From: Antedon mediterranea
Lineage: Eukaryota > Animalia > Echinodermata
NCBI RefSeq assembly: GCF_964355755.1
Contig: NC_092673.1
Coordinates: forward strand, 28,083,648-28,147,647
DNA: 64,000 nt
Direction of reading: 5' to 3'
Positions within the stretch are counted from its first letter, which is position 1, and each line of letters starts with the position of its first letter. The translations under genes and the position numbers were made by a program. The notes beneath the pieces are model-generated. The model saw only the letters and a list, made by a program, of their open reading frames with translations, made no database searches and had not been told where the DNA came from. Shown piece by piece: positions 23,801 to 38,800 of this stretch.

Positions 23801-26800
23801 CCCCGTACGATTATTTAAACATGGTCGGATTGGAAAGCTTAAACGTTTTAAAACGAGACTATTTGGGATGAATGTTGATGTGAGACACGTTACTGCAGGC
23901 TGTGTATCGTCGCTCGACATGAAAGAGAAATGGGCCTATAATAATGACATTTTGTACCTTTAGTAACTTATCTGAACTTAACTTGAAAACGGTACGTACT
24001 TGACGTCAATATTTACCTATGCAGTTGAGTAAGAAGGGTGTAAGGTGACGTGTAATATAAAATGAACAAGGCCAACAGCCATTAAGTCGCGTGCTACAAT
24101 GCATAATGATACTGGACCGACAGACAGACCCACAGGCCGACAGACAGACCGACAGACAGACCGACAGACAGACCGACCGACATAGTGAACTATAGTCGCG
24201 TCCACGCGACTAAAAAGGAATAATTTTTACGAATTGTTTAACTTTTTCATCAAAAACGTGCGCAAATTATCCAATTCGACGTGCTCGTATGACGTAATTT
24301 TAAATCGAAATTGTTTAAAAGTTGGTAAAATTATTAGAAAAGGCTGCAAAAACATAAATCACGCAAAAAAGTATGTATTTAACGCTACGTGCGCACCGCG
24401 CGCGTAAAAAATTGCGCGCGTATGGGAATTTTTGACATGCTCAAAATGACAAGAAACGCGTAGAAAGTTGATTAAAAATTAATTTTGCGCATATTAAAAT
24501 TTTAAATGCGCGTGCGCGCGTAAACTTTGTGTAACTTTTTTTCAACAGAAAGTTAGCCCCTGATATAAATTAAACTTTTGCAAAGTTTCAATTTAAAATG
24601 TTATTTGGTTTTTGACCTATGTTAAATACGAGAAAATCGTTAAATCGCGCGTAAATCAAGTTGCGCAACTCTAACGTCATTCACAATAAGAGGGGCACAA
24701 TTTCACGTAAATGCCCACATGTTGACATCAAAACAGTTCAAAAAGTACAGAAAAGCGATAAAACGCATAGTGATACCGGACCGACAGACAGACCGACAGA
24801 CCGACCGGCCGGCCGACCGACATAGTGAACTATAGACTAAAAAGGGATATTTTTATTTTATTTATTTATTTCAACTATATTTCACGAGGATGTAATATAA
24901 ACGTAACTATCAATAAAATAGCCTTTATTATCAATATTTTTAATGAAAATAAATTTACATTTTTTTTTTAAATTAAAATAATATTGATCACGTCCTTCAA
25001 TTCATCGACTACTAGTGTTGAGTTGATCCATTATTCCGTTATAATGTATTATACGACATAGCCAATTACTACAAAAAGCCATATATTCTAATCTAAATAC
25101 ATAAAAAATTATATTCAAAAACCTGAATTGAATTTATCATTGTATTTTATGATGTTCTTTCTGTATTATTTTTCACGTCACGAATGTGTATTGTCTAAAT
25201 GAATACCTTGATGATAAGTGAAAGACAGTGACGTAACGAAACATGGATGTTGTCGTTATTAAAGAAAGTCACTAAATTAAGAATTACATATGATGTATTA
25301 TGATTGATCTAACCAATACCAGAGTGACAACCCTGTGTCATTTGAATACGGAGATAATGATTTTGTTATTATGATTATGATAAATTAATTATGATTATCA
25401 TGAAACGTCACATGAGACATATGATTTTTTAATTGCTTTAATAGACCTGATTTTATTTTCTTCGAGTCTTTAGTCCCATATGATGAACATTAATAATTTT
25501 ATTCAACAAAAATTGATTTAAAGGTATATTTATGCACTTTCTGTGATTGTTATCATTTTGACAAATTTAAATTTAATCTATAAATTTATTTATTACCTAA
25601 AAATAATATTTTTGAAAATTGTTTATATGCAATTAAAAAAATAGAAATGCACGATTAGTTTTTAAAATTGAAGAAATACTATATCAGAATTTCTGTTAGT
25701 AAAAAATCTATCTGAATATATACAATAATTGTAACATTTTCAAATAGATTTCGTTATTTTATTAATATCACCGGTTGATTATCGATTTTTGTCGTCAGCT
25801 CTTTCTTCTTCGTTCCCATGACAATCGAAATATGAACCCTTGATCAATACAGCGCTTATATGATAAATCATAAACCGACATAACCACGCCTAAACTATCA
25901 ATAAACTTAATGAATACAAAATATTGGTATCAGTTTACCCATTTAATCATCCGAAACACACGCAATCAAATTAACCGAATTCGTACAATTGACACGACTG
26001 CGGATATCGGCTAACTCAATAGCCTACAACACCAGTCCGCTAATAGGCTTTAGGTCTGCATATTCTGGAACGTGTGACCCTTAAAACACTACAAATGCAA
26101 GTGAATAGCCCCAGAAATGTTAGGACATAAGATGTTAAATGCATCTTTCAAAATTTTACCACCTTTTGTCTAATTTTAGTTACGCAAATATTGGCTGTAA
26201 TAATTCATTAATGTAAACACGTGTAGCTAAAGCTATTTGTTCTCTAGACATATTGACAATATAAAATGAATCGAAGTTCTGGCCGCCAAATGTAATTGTA
26301 TCTGCATTCATTTTATCATTGATTCAGTGACAATTATGATATTGCGACACAATAATCAACCATGTTACAATGGACATTTGAAACCTGCAAATTTAGTGCG
26401 CAGTGAATCAGGCGTTGTTATTGAAGACAAGTTTTGTTCACGAATATTCTGTTTGTAACAATTTAAATCAGTTTTAAAAATTGGTTAATTTGATATCATA
26501 TACGTACTCTAGATTCTGGGATAAATTAGTAGAAAAACATTTTTATTTTAACTTATCACCAAACGGGCATGAAAAAGACAAGGAAATTCAACAATGGAAA
26601 TGCTTAGTTCTTTGTTATTATTGTAAATACGACTTTTGTTAAATCAATTTTTGTTTACTTTATTTTAATTACTTTGGCCTTCTATCTAGAAACGTGCCAC
26701 TGTTTTCAAAGTGTAATTTTCTAAATAAATTATTATTAATATATTATAAAAGCAACTTTCGTTTTACGAATTAGTATGGTTTTTTTTTAAATTATTGTGT

Positions 26801-29800
26801 TGCTACCATTTTCGTGTGAGAATAAGTTAAAATACTTGCGTCTTAATTACCCTTTCCACAATTTTATACCATTTTCCTACCGCGTGTATGCACATAATGC
26901 AAATTATTTATTTCAAACAATAACTGTAATATATACTTATAGTGTTATCTATGTGGTTAATGGGTTATTTTTTTTTATTGAAAATCCCGTCTGATTGAAA
27001 TTGTTTAAAGCTGTATTTTTAACAGAAAAATTATTAATATATTATTCAATGTATTTCAGATTAAATACACTAATACATTCTTTCTTTTTTCTATATAAAC
27101 TGAGTATAGCTTCAACTACAGTTGTTACACCATCAGAAACTAACAATTCAACAACTGGATTAACAACAGAAACTATAACTACTGAAGAGTCTACAACCAC
27201 GCCCTTAACAACAGCAGAATCAACAACAGAGGCTGTAACTACTGAAGAGTCTGCCACCACGCCCTTAACAACAGCAGAATCAACAACAGAGGCTGTAACT
27301 ACTGAAAATTCAATAACTGTATCCATAACAACAGCAGAACCAAAAACAGAGGCTGTAACTACTGGAGAGTCTACAACCACTACAATAACAACAGCAGAAT
27401 CAACAACAGAAACTGTAACTGATGAACAGTCTATAACCACGCCCATAACAACAGCAGGATCAACATCTGACACTGTAACTTCTGAAGTATCAACAACTTC
27501 GCCCATAACAACATCAGAATCAACAACAGGTGCTGTAACTACTGAACAGTCTACAAGCGCGGTTATAACAACAGCAGAATCGACAACAGAAGCGGTAACT
27601 ACTGAACAGTCTACAACCGCGCCTATAACAAAAGCAGAATCAACAACAGATGCTGTAACTACTGAGCAGTCTACAACCGCGCCTATGACAACAGGAGAAT
27701 CAACAACAGACGCTGTAACTACTGAAGAGTCTACAGTCGCGCCAATAACAACAGCAGAATCAACAACTGAGGCTGTGACTACCGAAGTATCAACAAATGT
27801 ACCCATAACAACATCAGAATCAACAACAGGGGCTGTAACTACTGAACAGTCTACACCCGCGCCCATAACAACAGCAGAATTAACAACAGAGGCTGTAACT
27901 ACTGAACAGTCTACAACCGCGCCCATAACAACAGAAGAATCAACAACAGGGGCTGTAACTACTGAAAAGTCAACAACTGTACCTATAACAAAAGCAGAAT
28001 CAACAACAGATGTTGTAACTACTGAACAGTCTACAACCGCGCCTATAACAACAGAAGAATCAACAACAGAGGCTGTAACTACTGAAAATTCAATAAATGT
28101 ATCCATAACAACAGCAGAACCAAAAACAGAGGCTGTAACTACTGGAGAGTCTACAACCACTCCCATAACAACAGCAGAATCAACAACAGAAACTGTAACT
28201 GATGAACAGTCTATAACCACGCCCATAACAACAGCAGGATCAACAACAAAAACTGTAACTTCCGAAGTATCAACAACCTCGCCTATAACAACAGCAGAAT
28301 CAACAACAGAAACTGTAACTACTAAACAGTCTACAACCGCGCCCATAACAACAGCAGAATTAACAACAGAAACTGTAACTACTGAACAGTCCACAACCGC
28401 GCCTATAACAAAAGCAGAATCAACAACAGATGCTGTAACTACTGAGCAGTCTACAACCGCGCCTATGACAACAGGAGAATCAACAACAGACGCTGTAACT
28501 ACTGAAGAGTCTACAGTCGCACCAATAACAACAGCAGAATCAACAACTGAGGCTGTAACTACCGAAGTATCAACAAATGTACCCATAACAACATCAGATT
28601 CAACAACAGAAACTGTAACTACTGAACAGTCTATAACCGCGCCCATAACAACAGCAGAATCAACAACAGGGGCTGTAACTACTGAAAAGTCAACAACCGC
28701 GCCCATAACAACAGCAGAATCAACAACAGAAACTGTAACTACTGAAAAGTATACAACCGCGCCCATAACAACAGCAGAATCAACAACAGAAACTGTAACT
28801 ACTGAAAAGTCTACAACCACGCCCATAACAACAGTAGATTCAACAACAGAAACTGTAACTACAGAACAGTCTACAACCGCGCCTATAACAACCGAAGAGT
28901 CAACAACAGAGGCTGTAACTACCGCAGTATCAACAACTGTACCAATAACAACAGCAGAATCAGCAACAGAAACTGTAACTACTGAACAGTATACAACTGC
29001 GCCTATAACAACAGCAGATTCAACAACAGAAACTGTAACTACTGATGAACAGTCTACAACTGCACCCATAACAACAGCCGAATCAACAACAGAAACTGTA
29101 ACTACTGAACAGTATACAACTGCGCCTATAACAACAGCAGATTCAACAACAGAAACTGTAACTACTGAACAGTCTACAACTGCGCCCATAACAACAGCCG
29201 AATCAACAACAGAAACTGTAACTACTCAACAGTCTACAACCACGCCCATAACAACAGCAGAATCAACTGCAGAGGCTGCAACTACTCAACATTCTACAAC
29301 CGCGCCTATAACAACAGCAGAATTAACAACAGACGCTATAACTACCGAAGTATCAACAACTGCACCCATAACAACAGCCGAATCAACAACAGAAACTGTA
29401 ACTACTGAACAGTCTACAACCGCGCCTTTTATAACAACCGAATCAACAACAGACGCTGTAACTACCGAAGTATCAACAACTGTACCCATAACAACAGCAG
29501 AAGCATCAACAGACACCGTAACTACTAAACAGTCTACAACCGTGCCCAAAACCACAGCAGAACCAACAACAGAAACTGTAACTACCGCAGTATCAAAAAC
29601 TGTACCCATAACAACAGCCGAATCAACAACAGAAACTGTAACTACTGAACAGTCTACAACTGCGCCCATAACAACAGCCGAATCAACAACAGAAACTGTA
29701 ACTAATGTACAGTCTACAACTGCGCCCATAAAAACAGCAGAATCAACAACAGAAACTGTAACTACTGAACAGTCTACAACTGCGCCCTTAACAACAGCAG

Positions 29801-32800
29801 AATCAACAACAGACGCTGTAACTACCGAAGTATCCACAACTGTACCCATAACAACAGCAGAATCCCCAACAGGCACTGTAACTACTGAACAGTATACAAC
29901 CGCGCCCATAAAAACAACCGAATCAACAACAGAGGCTCTAACTACCGAAGTATCAACAACTGTACCCATAACAACAGCCGAATCAACAACAGAAACTGTA
30001 ACTACCGAAGTAGCAACAACTGTAACCAAAACAACAGCCGAATCAACAACAGAAACTGTAACTACTGAACAGTCTGCAACCGCGCCTATAACAACAGAAG
30101 AGTCAACAACAGAGGCTGTAACTACCGCAGTATCAACAACTGTACCCATAATAACAGTTGAATCAACAACAGAAACTGTAACTACTGAACAGTCTACAAC
30201 TGCGCCCATAACAACAGCAGATTCAACAACAGAAACTGTAACTACTGAACAGTCTACAACTGCGCCCATAACAACAGCAGATTCAACAACAGAAACTGTA
30301 ACTACTGAACAGTCTACAACTGCGCCCATAACAACAGCAGAATCAACAACAGAAACTGTAACTACTGAACAGTATACAACTGCGCCTATAACAACAGCAG
30401 ATTCAACAACAGAAACTGTAACTACTGATGAACAGTCTACAACTGCACCCATAACAACAGCCGAATCAACAACTGGAACTACTGAACAGTATACAACTGC
30501 GCCTATAACAACAGCAGATTCAACAACAGAAACTGTAACTACTGAACAGTCTACAACTGCGCCCATAACAACAGCCGAATCAACAACAGAAACTGTAACT
30601 ACTGAACAGTCTACAACTGCGCCCATAACAACAGCAGATTCAACAACAGAAACTGTAACTACTGAACAGTCTACAACCACGCCTATAACAGCAGATTCAA
30701 CAACAGAAACTGTAACTACTGAACAGTCTACAACCACGCCCATAACAACAGCAGAATCAACTGCAGAGGCTGTAACTACTCAACATTCTACAACCGCGCC
30801 TATAACAACAGCAGAATTAACAACAGACGCTGTAACTACCGAAGTATCAACAACTGTACCCATAACAACAGCCAAATCAACAACAGAAACTGTAACTACT
30901 GAACAGTATACAACCGCGCCCATAACAACAACCGAATCAACAACAGAGGCTCTTACTACCGAAGTATCAACAACTGTACCCATAACAACAGCCGAATCAA
31001 CAACAAAGGCTGTAACTACCGAAGTAGCAACGACTGTAACCAAAACAACAGCCGAATCAACAACAGAAACTGTAACTACTGAAAAGTATACAACCGCACC
31101 TATTATAACAACCGAATCAACAACAGACGCTGTAACTACCGAAGTATCAACAACTGTACCCATAACAACAGCAGAAGCATCAACAGACACCGTAACTACT
31201 AAACAGTCTACAACCGTGCCCAAAACCACAGCAGAATCAACAACAGAAACTGTAACTACCGCAGTATCAAAAACTGTACCCATAACAACAGCCGAATCAA
31301 CAACAGAAACTGTAACTACTGAACAGTCTACAACTGCGCCCATAACAACAGCCGAATCAACAACAGAAACTGTAACTAATGTACAGTCTACAACTGCGCC
31401 CATAAAAACAGCAGAATCAACAACAGAAACTGTAACTACTGAACAGTCTACAACTGCACCCTTAACAACAGCAGAATCAACAACAGACGCTGTAACTACC
31501 GAAGTATCCACAACTGTACCCATAACAACAGCAGAATCCCCAACAGGCACTGTAACTACTGAACAGTATACAACCGCGCCCATAAAAACAACCGAATCAA
31601 CAACAGAGGCTCTAACTACCGAAGTATCAACAACTGTACCCATAACAACAGCCGAATCAACAACAGAAACTGTAACTACCGAAGTAGTAACAACTGTAAC
31701 CAAAACAACAGCCGAATCAACAACAGAAACTGTAACTACTGAACAGTCTGCAACCGCGCCTATAACAACAGAAGAGTCAACAACAGAGGCTGTAACTACC
31801 GCAGTATCAACAACTGTACCCATAATAACAGCTGAATCAACAACAGAAACTGTAACTACTGAACAGTCTACAACTGCGCCCATAACAACAGCAGATTCAA
31901 CAACAGAAACTGTAACTACTGAACAGTCTACAACTGCGCCCATAACAACAGCAGAATCAACAACAGAAACTGTAACTACTGAACAGTATACAACTGCGCC
32001 TATAACAACAGCAGATTCAACAACAGAAACTGTAACTACTGATGAACAGTCTACAACTGCACCCATAACAACAGCCGAATCAACAACTGGAACTACTGAA
32101 CAGTATACAACTGCGCCTATAACAACAGCAGATTCAACAACAGAAACTGTAACTACTGAACAGTCTACAACTGCGCCCATAACAACATCCGAATCAACAA
32201 CAGAAACTGTAACTACTGAACAGTCTACAACTGCGCCCATAACAACAGCAGATTCAACAACAGAAACTGTAACTACTGAACAGTCTACAACCACGCCTAT
32301 AACAGCAGATTCAACAACAGAAACTGTAACTACTGAACAGTCTACAACCACGCCCATAACAACAGCAGAATCAACTGCAGAGGCTGTAACTACTCAACAT
32401 TCTACAACCGCACCTATAACAACAGCAGAATTAACAACAGACGCTGTAACTACCGAAGTATCAACAACTGTACCCATAACAACAGCCGAATCAACAACAG
32501 AAACTGTAACTACTGAACAGTATACAACTGCGCCCATAACAACAACCGAATCAACAACAGAGGCTCTTACTACCGAAGTATCAACAACTGTACCCATAAC
32601 AACAGCCGAATCAACAACAGGCACTGTAACTACCGAAGTATCAACAACTGTACCCATAACAACAGCCGAATCAACAACAGGCACTGTAACTACTGAACAG
32701 TATACAACCGCGCCCATAACAACAATCGAATCAACAACAGAGGCTCTAACTACCGAAGTATCAACAACTGTACCCATAACAACAGCCGAATCAACAACAG

Positions 32801-35800
32801 AGGCTGTAACTACCGAAGTAGCAACAACTGTAACCAAAACAACAGCCGAAACAACAACAGAAACTGTAACTACTGAAAAGTCTACAACTGCGCCCATAAC
32901 AACAACCGAATCAACAACAGAAACTTTAACTACTGAACAGTCTACAACCACGCCAATAACAACCGAATCAACAACAGAGGCTGTAACTACCAAAGTATCA
33001 ACAACTTTACCCATAACAACAGCAGAATCATCAACAGAAACTGTAACTACTAAACAGTCTACAACCGCGCCTATAAAAACAGAAGAATCAACAACAGAGG
33101 CTGTAACTACCAAAGTATCAACAACTGTACCCATAATAACAGCAGACTCATCAACAGAAACTGTAACTACTGAACAGTCTACAACCGCGCCTATAACAAC
33201 AGAAGAATCAACAACAGAGGCTGTAACTACCGAAGTATCAACAACTGTACCCATAATAACAGCTGAATCAACAACAGAAACTGTAACTACTGAACAGTCT
33301 ACAACTGCGCCCATAACAACAGCAGATTCAACAACAGAAACTGTAACTACTGAACAGTCTACAACTGCGCCCATAACAACAGCAGAATCAACAACAGAAA
33401 CTGTAACTACTGAACAGTATACAACTGCGCCTATAACAACAGCAGATTCAACAACAGAAACTGTAACTACTGATGAACAGTCTACAACTGCACCCATAAC
33501 AACAGCCGAATCAACAACAAAAACTGTAACTACTGAACAGTTGACAACTGCGCCTATAACAACAGCAGATTCAACAACAGAAACTGTAACTACTGAACAG
33601 TCTACAACTGCGCCCATAACAGCAGCCGAATCAACAACAGAAACTGTGACTACTGAACAGTCTACAACTGCGCCCATAACAACAGCAGATTCAACAACAG
33701 AAACTGTAACTACTGAACAGTCTACAACCACGCCTATAACAACAGCAGATTCAACAACAGAAACTGTAACTACTGAACAGTCTACAACCACGCCCATAAC
33801 AACAGCAGAATCAACTGCAGAGGCTGTAACTACTCAACATTCTACAACCGCGCCTATAACAACAGCAGAATTAACAACAGACGCTGTAACTACCGAAGTA
33901 TCAACAACTGTACCCATAACAACAGCCGAATCAACAACAGGCACTGTAACTACTGAACAGTATACAACCGCGCCCATAACAACAACCAAATCAACAACAG
34001 CCGCTGTAACTACCGAAGTAGCAACAACTGTAACCAAAACAACAGCCGAATCAACAACAGAAACTGTAACTACTGAAAAGTCTACAACTGCGCCCATAAC
34101 AACAACCGAATCAACAACAGAAACTGTAACTACTGAACAGTCTACAACCACGCCTATAACAACAGCAGAATCAACAACAGAAACTGTAACTACTGAACAG
34201 TCTACAACTGAGCCCATAACAACAGCCGAAACAACAACAGAAACTGTAACTACTGAACAGTCTACAACTGCGCCCATAACAACAGCAGAATCAACAACAG
34301 AAACTGTAACTACTGAACAGTCTACAACTGCGCCCATAACAACAGCAGAATCAACAACAGAAACTGTAACTACTGAACAGTCTACAGCCACGCCTATAAC
34401 AACAGCAGAATCAACAACAGAAACTGTAACTACTGAACAGTCTACAACTGAGCCCATAACAACAGCCGAATCAACAACAGAAACTGTAACTACTGAACAG
34501 TCTACAACTGCGCCCATAACAACAGCAGAATCAACAACAGAAACTGTAACTACTGAACAGTCTACAACTGCGCCCATAACAACAGCCGAATCGACAACAG
34601 AAACTGTAACTACTGAACAGTCTACAACCGCGCCCATAACAACAGCCGAATCAACAACAGAAACTGTAACTACTGAACAGTATACAACTGCGCCTATAAC
34701 AACAGCAGAATCAACAACAGAAACTGTAACTACTGAACAGTCTACAACTGCGTCCATAACAACAGCCGAATCAACAACAGAAACTGTAACTACTGACCAG
34801 TCTACAACTGCGCCCATAACAACAGCAGATTCAACAACAGAAACTGTAACTACTGAACAGTCTACAACCACGCCTATAACAACAGCAGATTCAACAACAG
34901 ACACTTTAACTACTGAACAGTCTACAACCACGCCTAAAACAACAGCCGATTCAACAAAAGAAACTGTAACTACTGAACAGTCTACAACTGCGCCCATAAC
35001 AACAGCAGATTCAACAACAGAAACTGTAACTACTGAACAGTCTACAACTGCGCCCATAACAACAGCCGAATCAACAACAGAAACTGTAACTACTGAACAG
35101 TCTACAACTGCGCCCATAACAACAGCAGATTCAACAACAGAAACTGTAACTACTGAACAGTCTACAACTGTGCCCATAACAACAGCAGATTCAACAACAG
35201 AAACTGTAACTACTGAACAGTCTACAACCACGCCTATAACAACACCAGATTCAACAACAGAAACTGTAACTACTGAACAGTTTACAACCACGCCCATAAC
35301 AACAGCAGAATCAACTGCAGAGGCTGTAACTACTCAACATTCTACAACCGCGCCTATAACAACAGCAGAATTAACAACAGACGCTGTAACTACCGAAGTA
35401 TCAACAACTGTACCCATAACAACAGCCGAATCAACAACAGGCACTGTAACTACTGAACAGTATACAACCGCGCCCATAACAACAACCGAATCAACAACAG
35501 ACGCTGTAACTACCGAAGTATCAACAACTGTACCCATAACAACAGCCGAATCAACAACAGGCACTGTAACTACTGAACAGTATACAACCGCGCCCATAAC
35601 AACAATCGAATCAACAACAGAGGCTCTAACTACCGAAGTATCAACAACTGTACCCATAACAACAGCCGAATCAACAACAGAGGCTGTAACTACCGAAGTA
35701 GCAACAACTGTAACCAAAACAACAGCCGAATCAACAACAGAAACTGTTACTACTGATGAACAGTCTACAACTGCACCCATAACAACAGCCGAATCAACAA

Positions 35801-38800
35801 CAAAAACTGTAACTACTGAACAGTTGACAACTGCGCCCATAACAACAGCAGAATCAACAACAGAAACTGTAACTACTGAACAGTCTACAACTGCGCCCAT
35901 AACAACAGCAGAATCAACAACAGAAACTGTAACTACTGAACAGTCTACAACCACGCCTATAACAACAGCAGAATCAACAACAGAAACTGTAACTACTGAA
36001 CAGTCTACAACTGAGCCCATAACAACAGCAAAATCAACAACAGAAACTGTAACTACTGAACAGTATACAACCGCGCCTATTATAACAACCGAATCAACAA
36101 CAGAGGCTGTAACTACCAAAGTATCAACAACTGTACCCATAACAACAGCCGAATCAACAACAGGCACTGTAACTACTGAACAGTATACAACCGCGCCCAT
36201 AACAACAGAAGAATCAACAACAGAGGCTGTAACTACCAAAGTATCAACAACTGTACCCATAATAACAGCAGAATCATCAACAGAAACTGTAACTACTGAA
36301 CAGTCTACAACCGCGCCTATAACAACAGAAGAATCAACAACAGAGGCTGTAACTACCGAAGTATCAACAACTGTACCCATAATAACAGCTGAATCAACAA
36401 CAGAAACTGTAACTACTGAACAGTCTACAACTGCGCCCATAACAACAGCAGATTCAACAACAGAAACTGTAACTACTGAACAGTCTACAACCGCGCCCAT
36501 AACAACAGCAGATTCAACAACAGAAACTGTAACTACTGAACAGTCTACAACTGCGCCCATAACAACAGCAGAATCAACAACAGAAACTGTAACTACTGAA
36601 CAGTATACAACTGCGCCTATAACAACAGCAGATTCAACAACAGAAACTGTAACTACTGATGAACAGTCTACAACTGCACCCATAACAACAGCCGAATCAA
36701 CAACAAAAACTGTAACTACTGAACAGTTGACAACTGCGCCTATAACAACAGCAGATTCAACAACAGAAACTGTAACTACTGAACAGTCTACAACTGCGCC
36801 CATAACAGCAGCCGAATCAACAACAGAAACTGTAACTACTGAACAGTCTACAACTGCGCCCATAACAACAGCAGATTCAACAACAGAAACTTTAACTACT
36901 GAACAGTCTACAACCACGCCTATAACAACAGCAGATTCAACAACAGAAACTGTAACTACTGAACAGTCTACAACCACGCCCATAACAACAGCAGAATCAA
37001 CTGCAGAGGCTGTAACTACTCAACATTCTACAACCGTGCCTATAACAACAGCAGAATTAACAACAGACGCTGTAACTACCGAAGTATCAACAACTGTACC
37101 CATAACAACAGCCGAATCAACAACAGGCACTGTAACTACTGAACAGTATACAACCGCGCCCATAACAACAACCAAATCAACAACAGCCGCTGTAACTACC
37201 GAAGTAGCAACAACTGTAACCAAAACAACAGCCGAATCAACAACAGAAACTGTAACTACTGAAAAGTCTACAACTGCGCCCATAACAACAACCGAATCAA
37301 CAACAGAAACTGTAACTACTGAACAGTCTACAACTGCGCCCATAACAACAGCAGAATCAACAACAGAAACTGTAACTACTGAACAGTCTACAACTGAGCC
37401 CATAACAACAGCCGAATCAACAACAGAAACTGTAACTACTGAACAGTCTACAACTGCGCCCATAACAACAGCAGAATCAACAACAGAAACTGTAACTACT
37501 GAACAGTCTACAACTGCGCCCATAACAACAGCCGAATCGACAACAGAAACTGTAACTACTGAACAGTCTACAACCGCGCCCATAACAACAGCCGAATCAA
37601 CAACAGAAACTGTAACTACTGAACAGTATACAACTGCGCCTATAACAACAGCAGAATCAACAACAGAAACTGTAACTACTGAACAGTCTACAACTGCGTC
37701 CATAACAACAGCCGAATCAACAACAGAAACTGTAACTACTGACCAGTCTACAACTGCGCCCATAACAACAGCAGATTCAACAACAGAAACTGTAACTACT
37801 GAACAGTCTACAACCACGCCTATAACAACAGCAGATTCAACAACAGACACTTTAACTACTGAACAGTCTACAACCACGCCTAAAACAACAGCCGATTCAA
37901 CAAAAGAAACTGTAACTACTGAACAGTCTACAACTGCGCCCATAACAACAGCAGATTCAACAACAGAAACTGTAACTACTGAACAGTCTACAACTGCGCC
38001 CATAACAACAGCCGAATCAACAACAGAAACTGTAACTACTGAACAGTCTACAACTGCGCCCATAACAACAGCAGATTCAACAACAGAAACTGTAACTACT
38101 GAACAGTCTACAACTGCGCCCATAACAACAGCAGATTCAACAACAGAAACTGTAACTACTGAACAGTCTACAACCACGCCTATAACAACACCAGATTCAA
38201 CAACAGAAACTGTAACTACTGAACAGTTTACAACCACGCCCATAACAACAGCAGAATCAACTGCAGAGGCTGTAACTACTCAACATTCTACAACTGAGCC
38301 TATAACAACAGCAGAATTAACAACAGACGCTGTAACTACCGAAGTATCAACAACTGTACCCATAACAACAGCCGAATCAACAACAGGCACTGTAACTACT
38401 GAACAGTATACAACCGCGCCCATAACAACAACCGAATCAACAACAGACGCTGTAACTACCGAAGTATCAACAACTGTACCCATAACAACAGCCGAATCAA
38501 CAACAGGCACTGTAACTACTGAACAGTATACAACCGCGCCCATAACAACAATCGAATCAACAACAGAGGCTCTAACTACCGAAGTATCAACAACTGTACC
38601 CATAACAACAGCCGAATCAACAACAGAGGCTGTAACTACCGAAGTAGCAACAACTGTAACCAAAACAACAGCCGAATCAACAACAGAAACTGTTACTACT
38701 GATGAACAGTCTACAACTGCACCCATAACAACAGCAGAATCAACAACAGAAACTGTAACTACTGAACAGTCTACAACTGCGTCCATAACAACAGCCGAAT

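Noticed and set aside
26995-27109. ORF-track start (MKLFKAVF...) of the 8268-aa ORF
   Set aside because: It begins at TTG and runs through an AT-rich polypyrimidine tract, so it is best read as intron upstream of the phase-1 acceptor at 27110.
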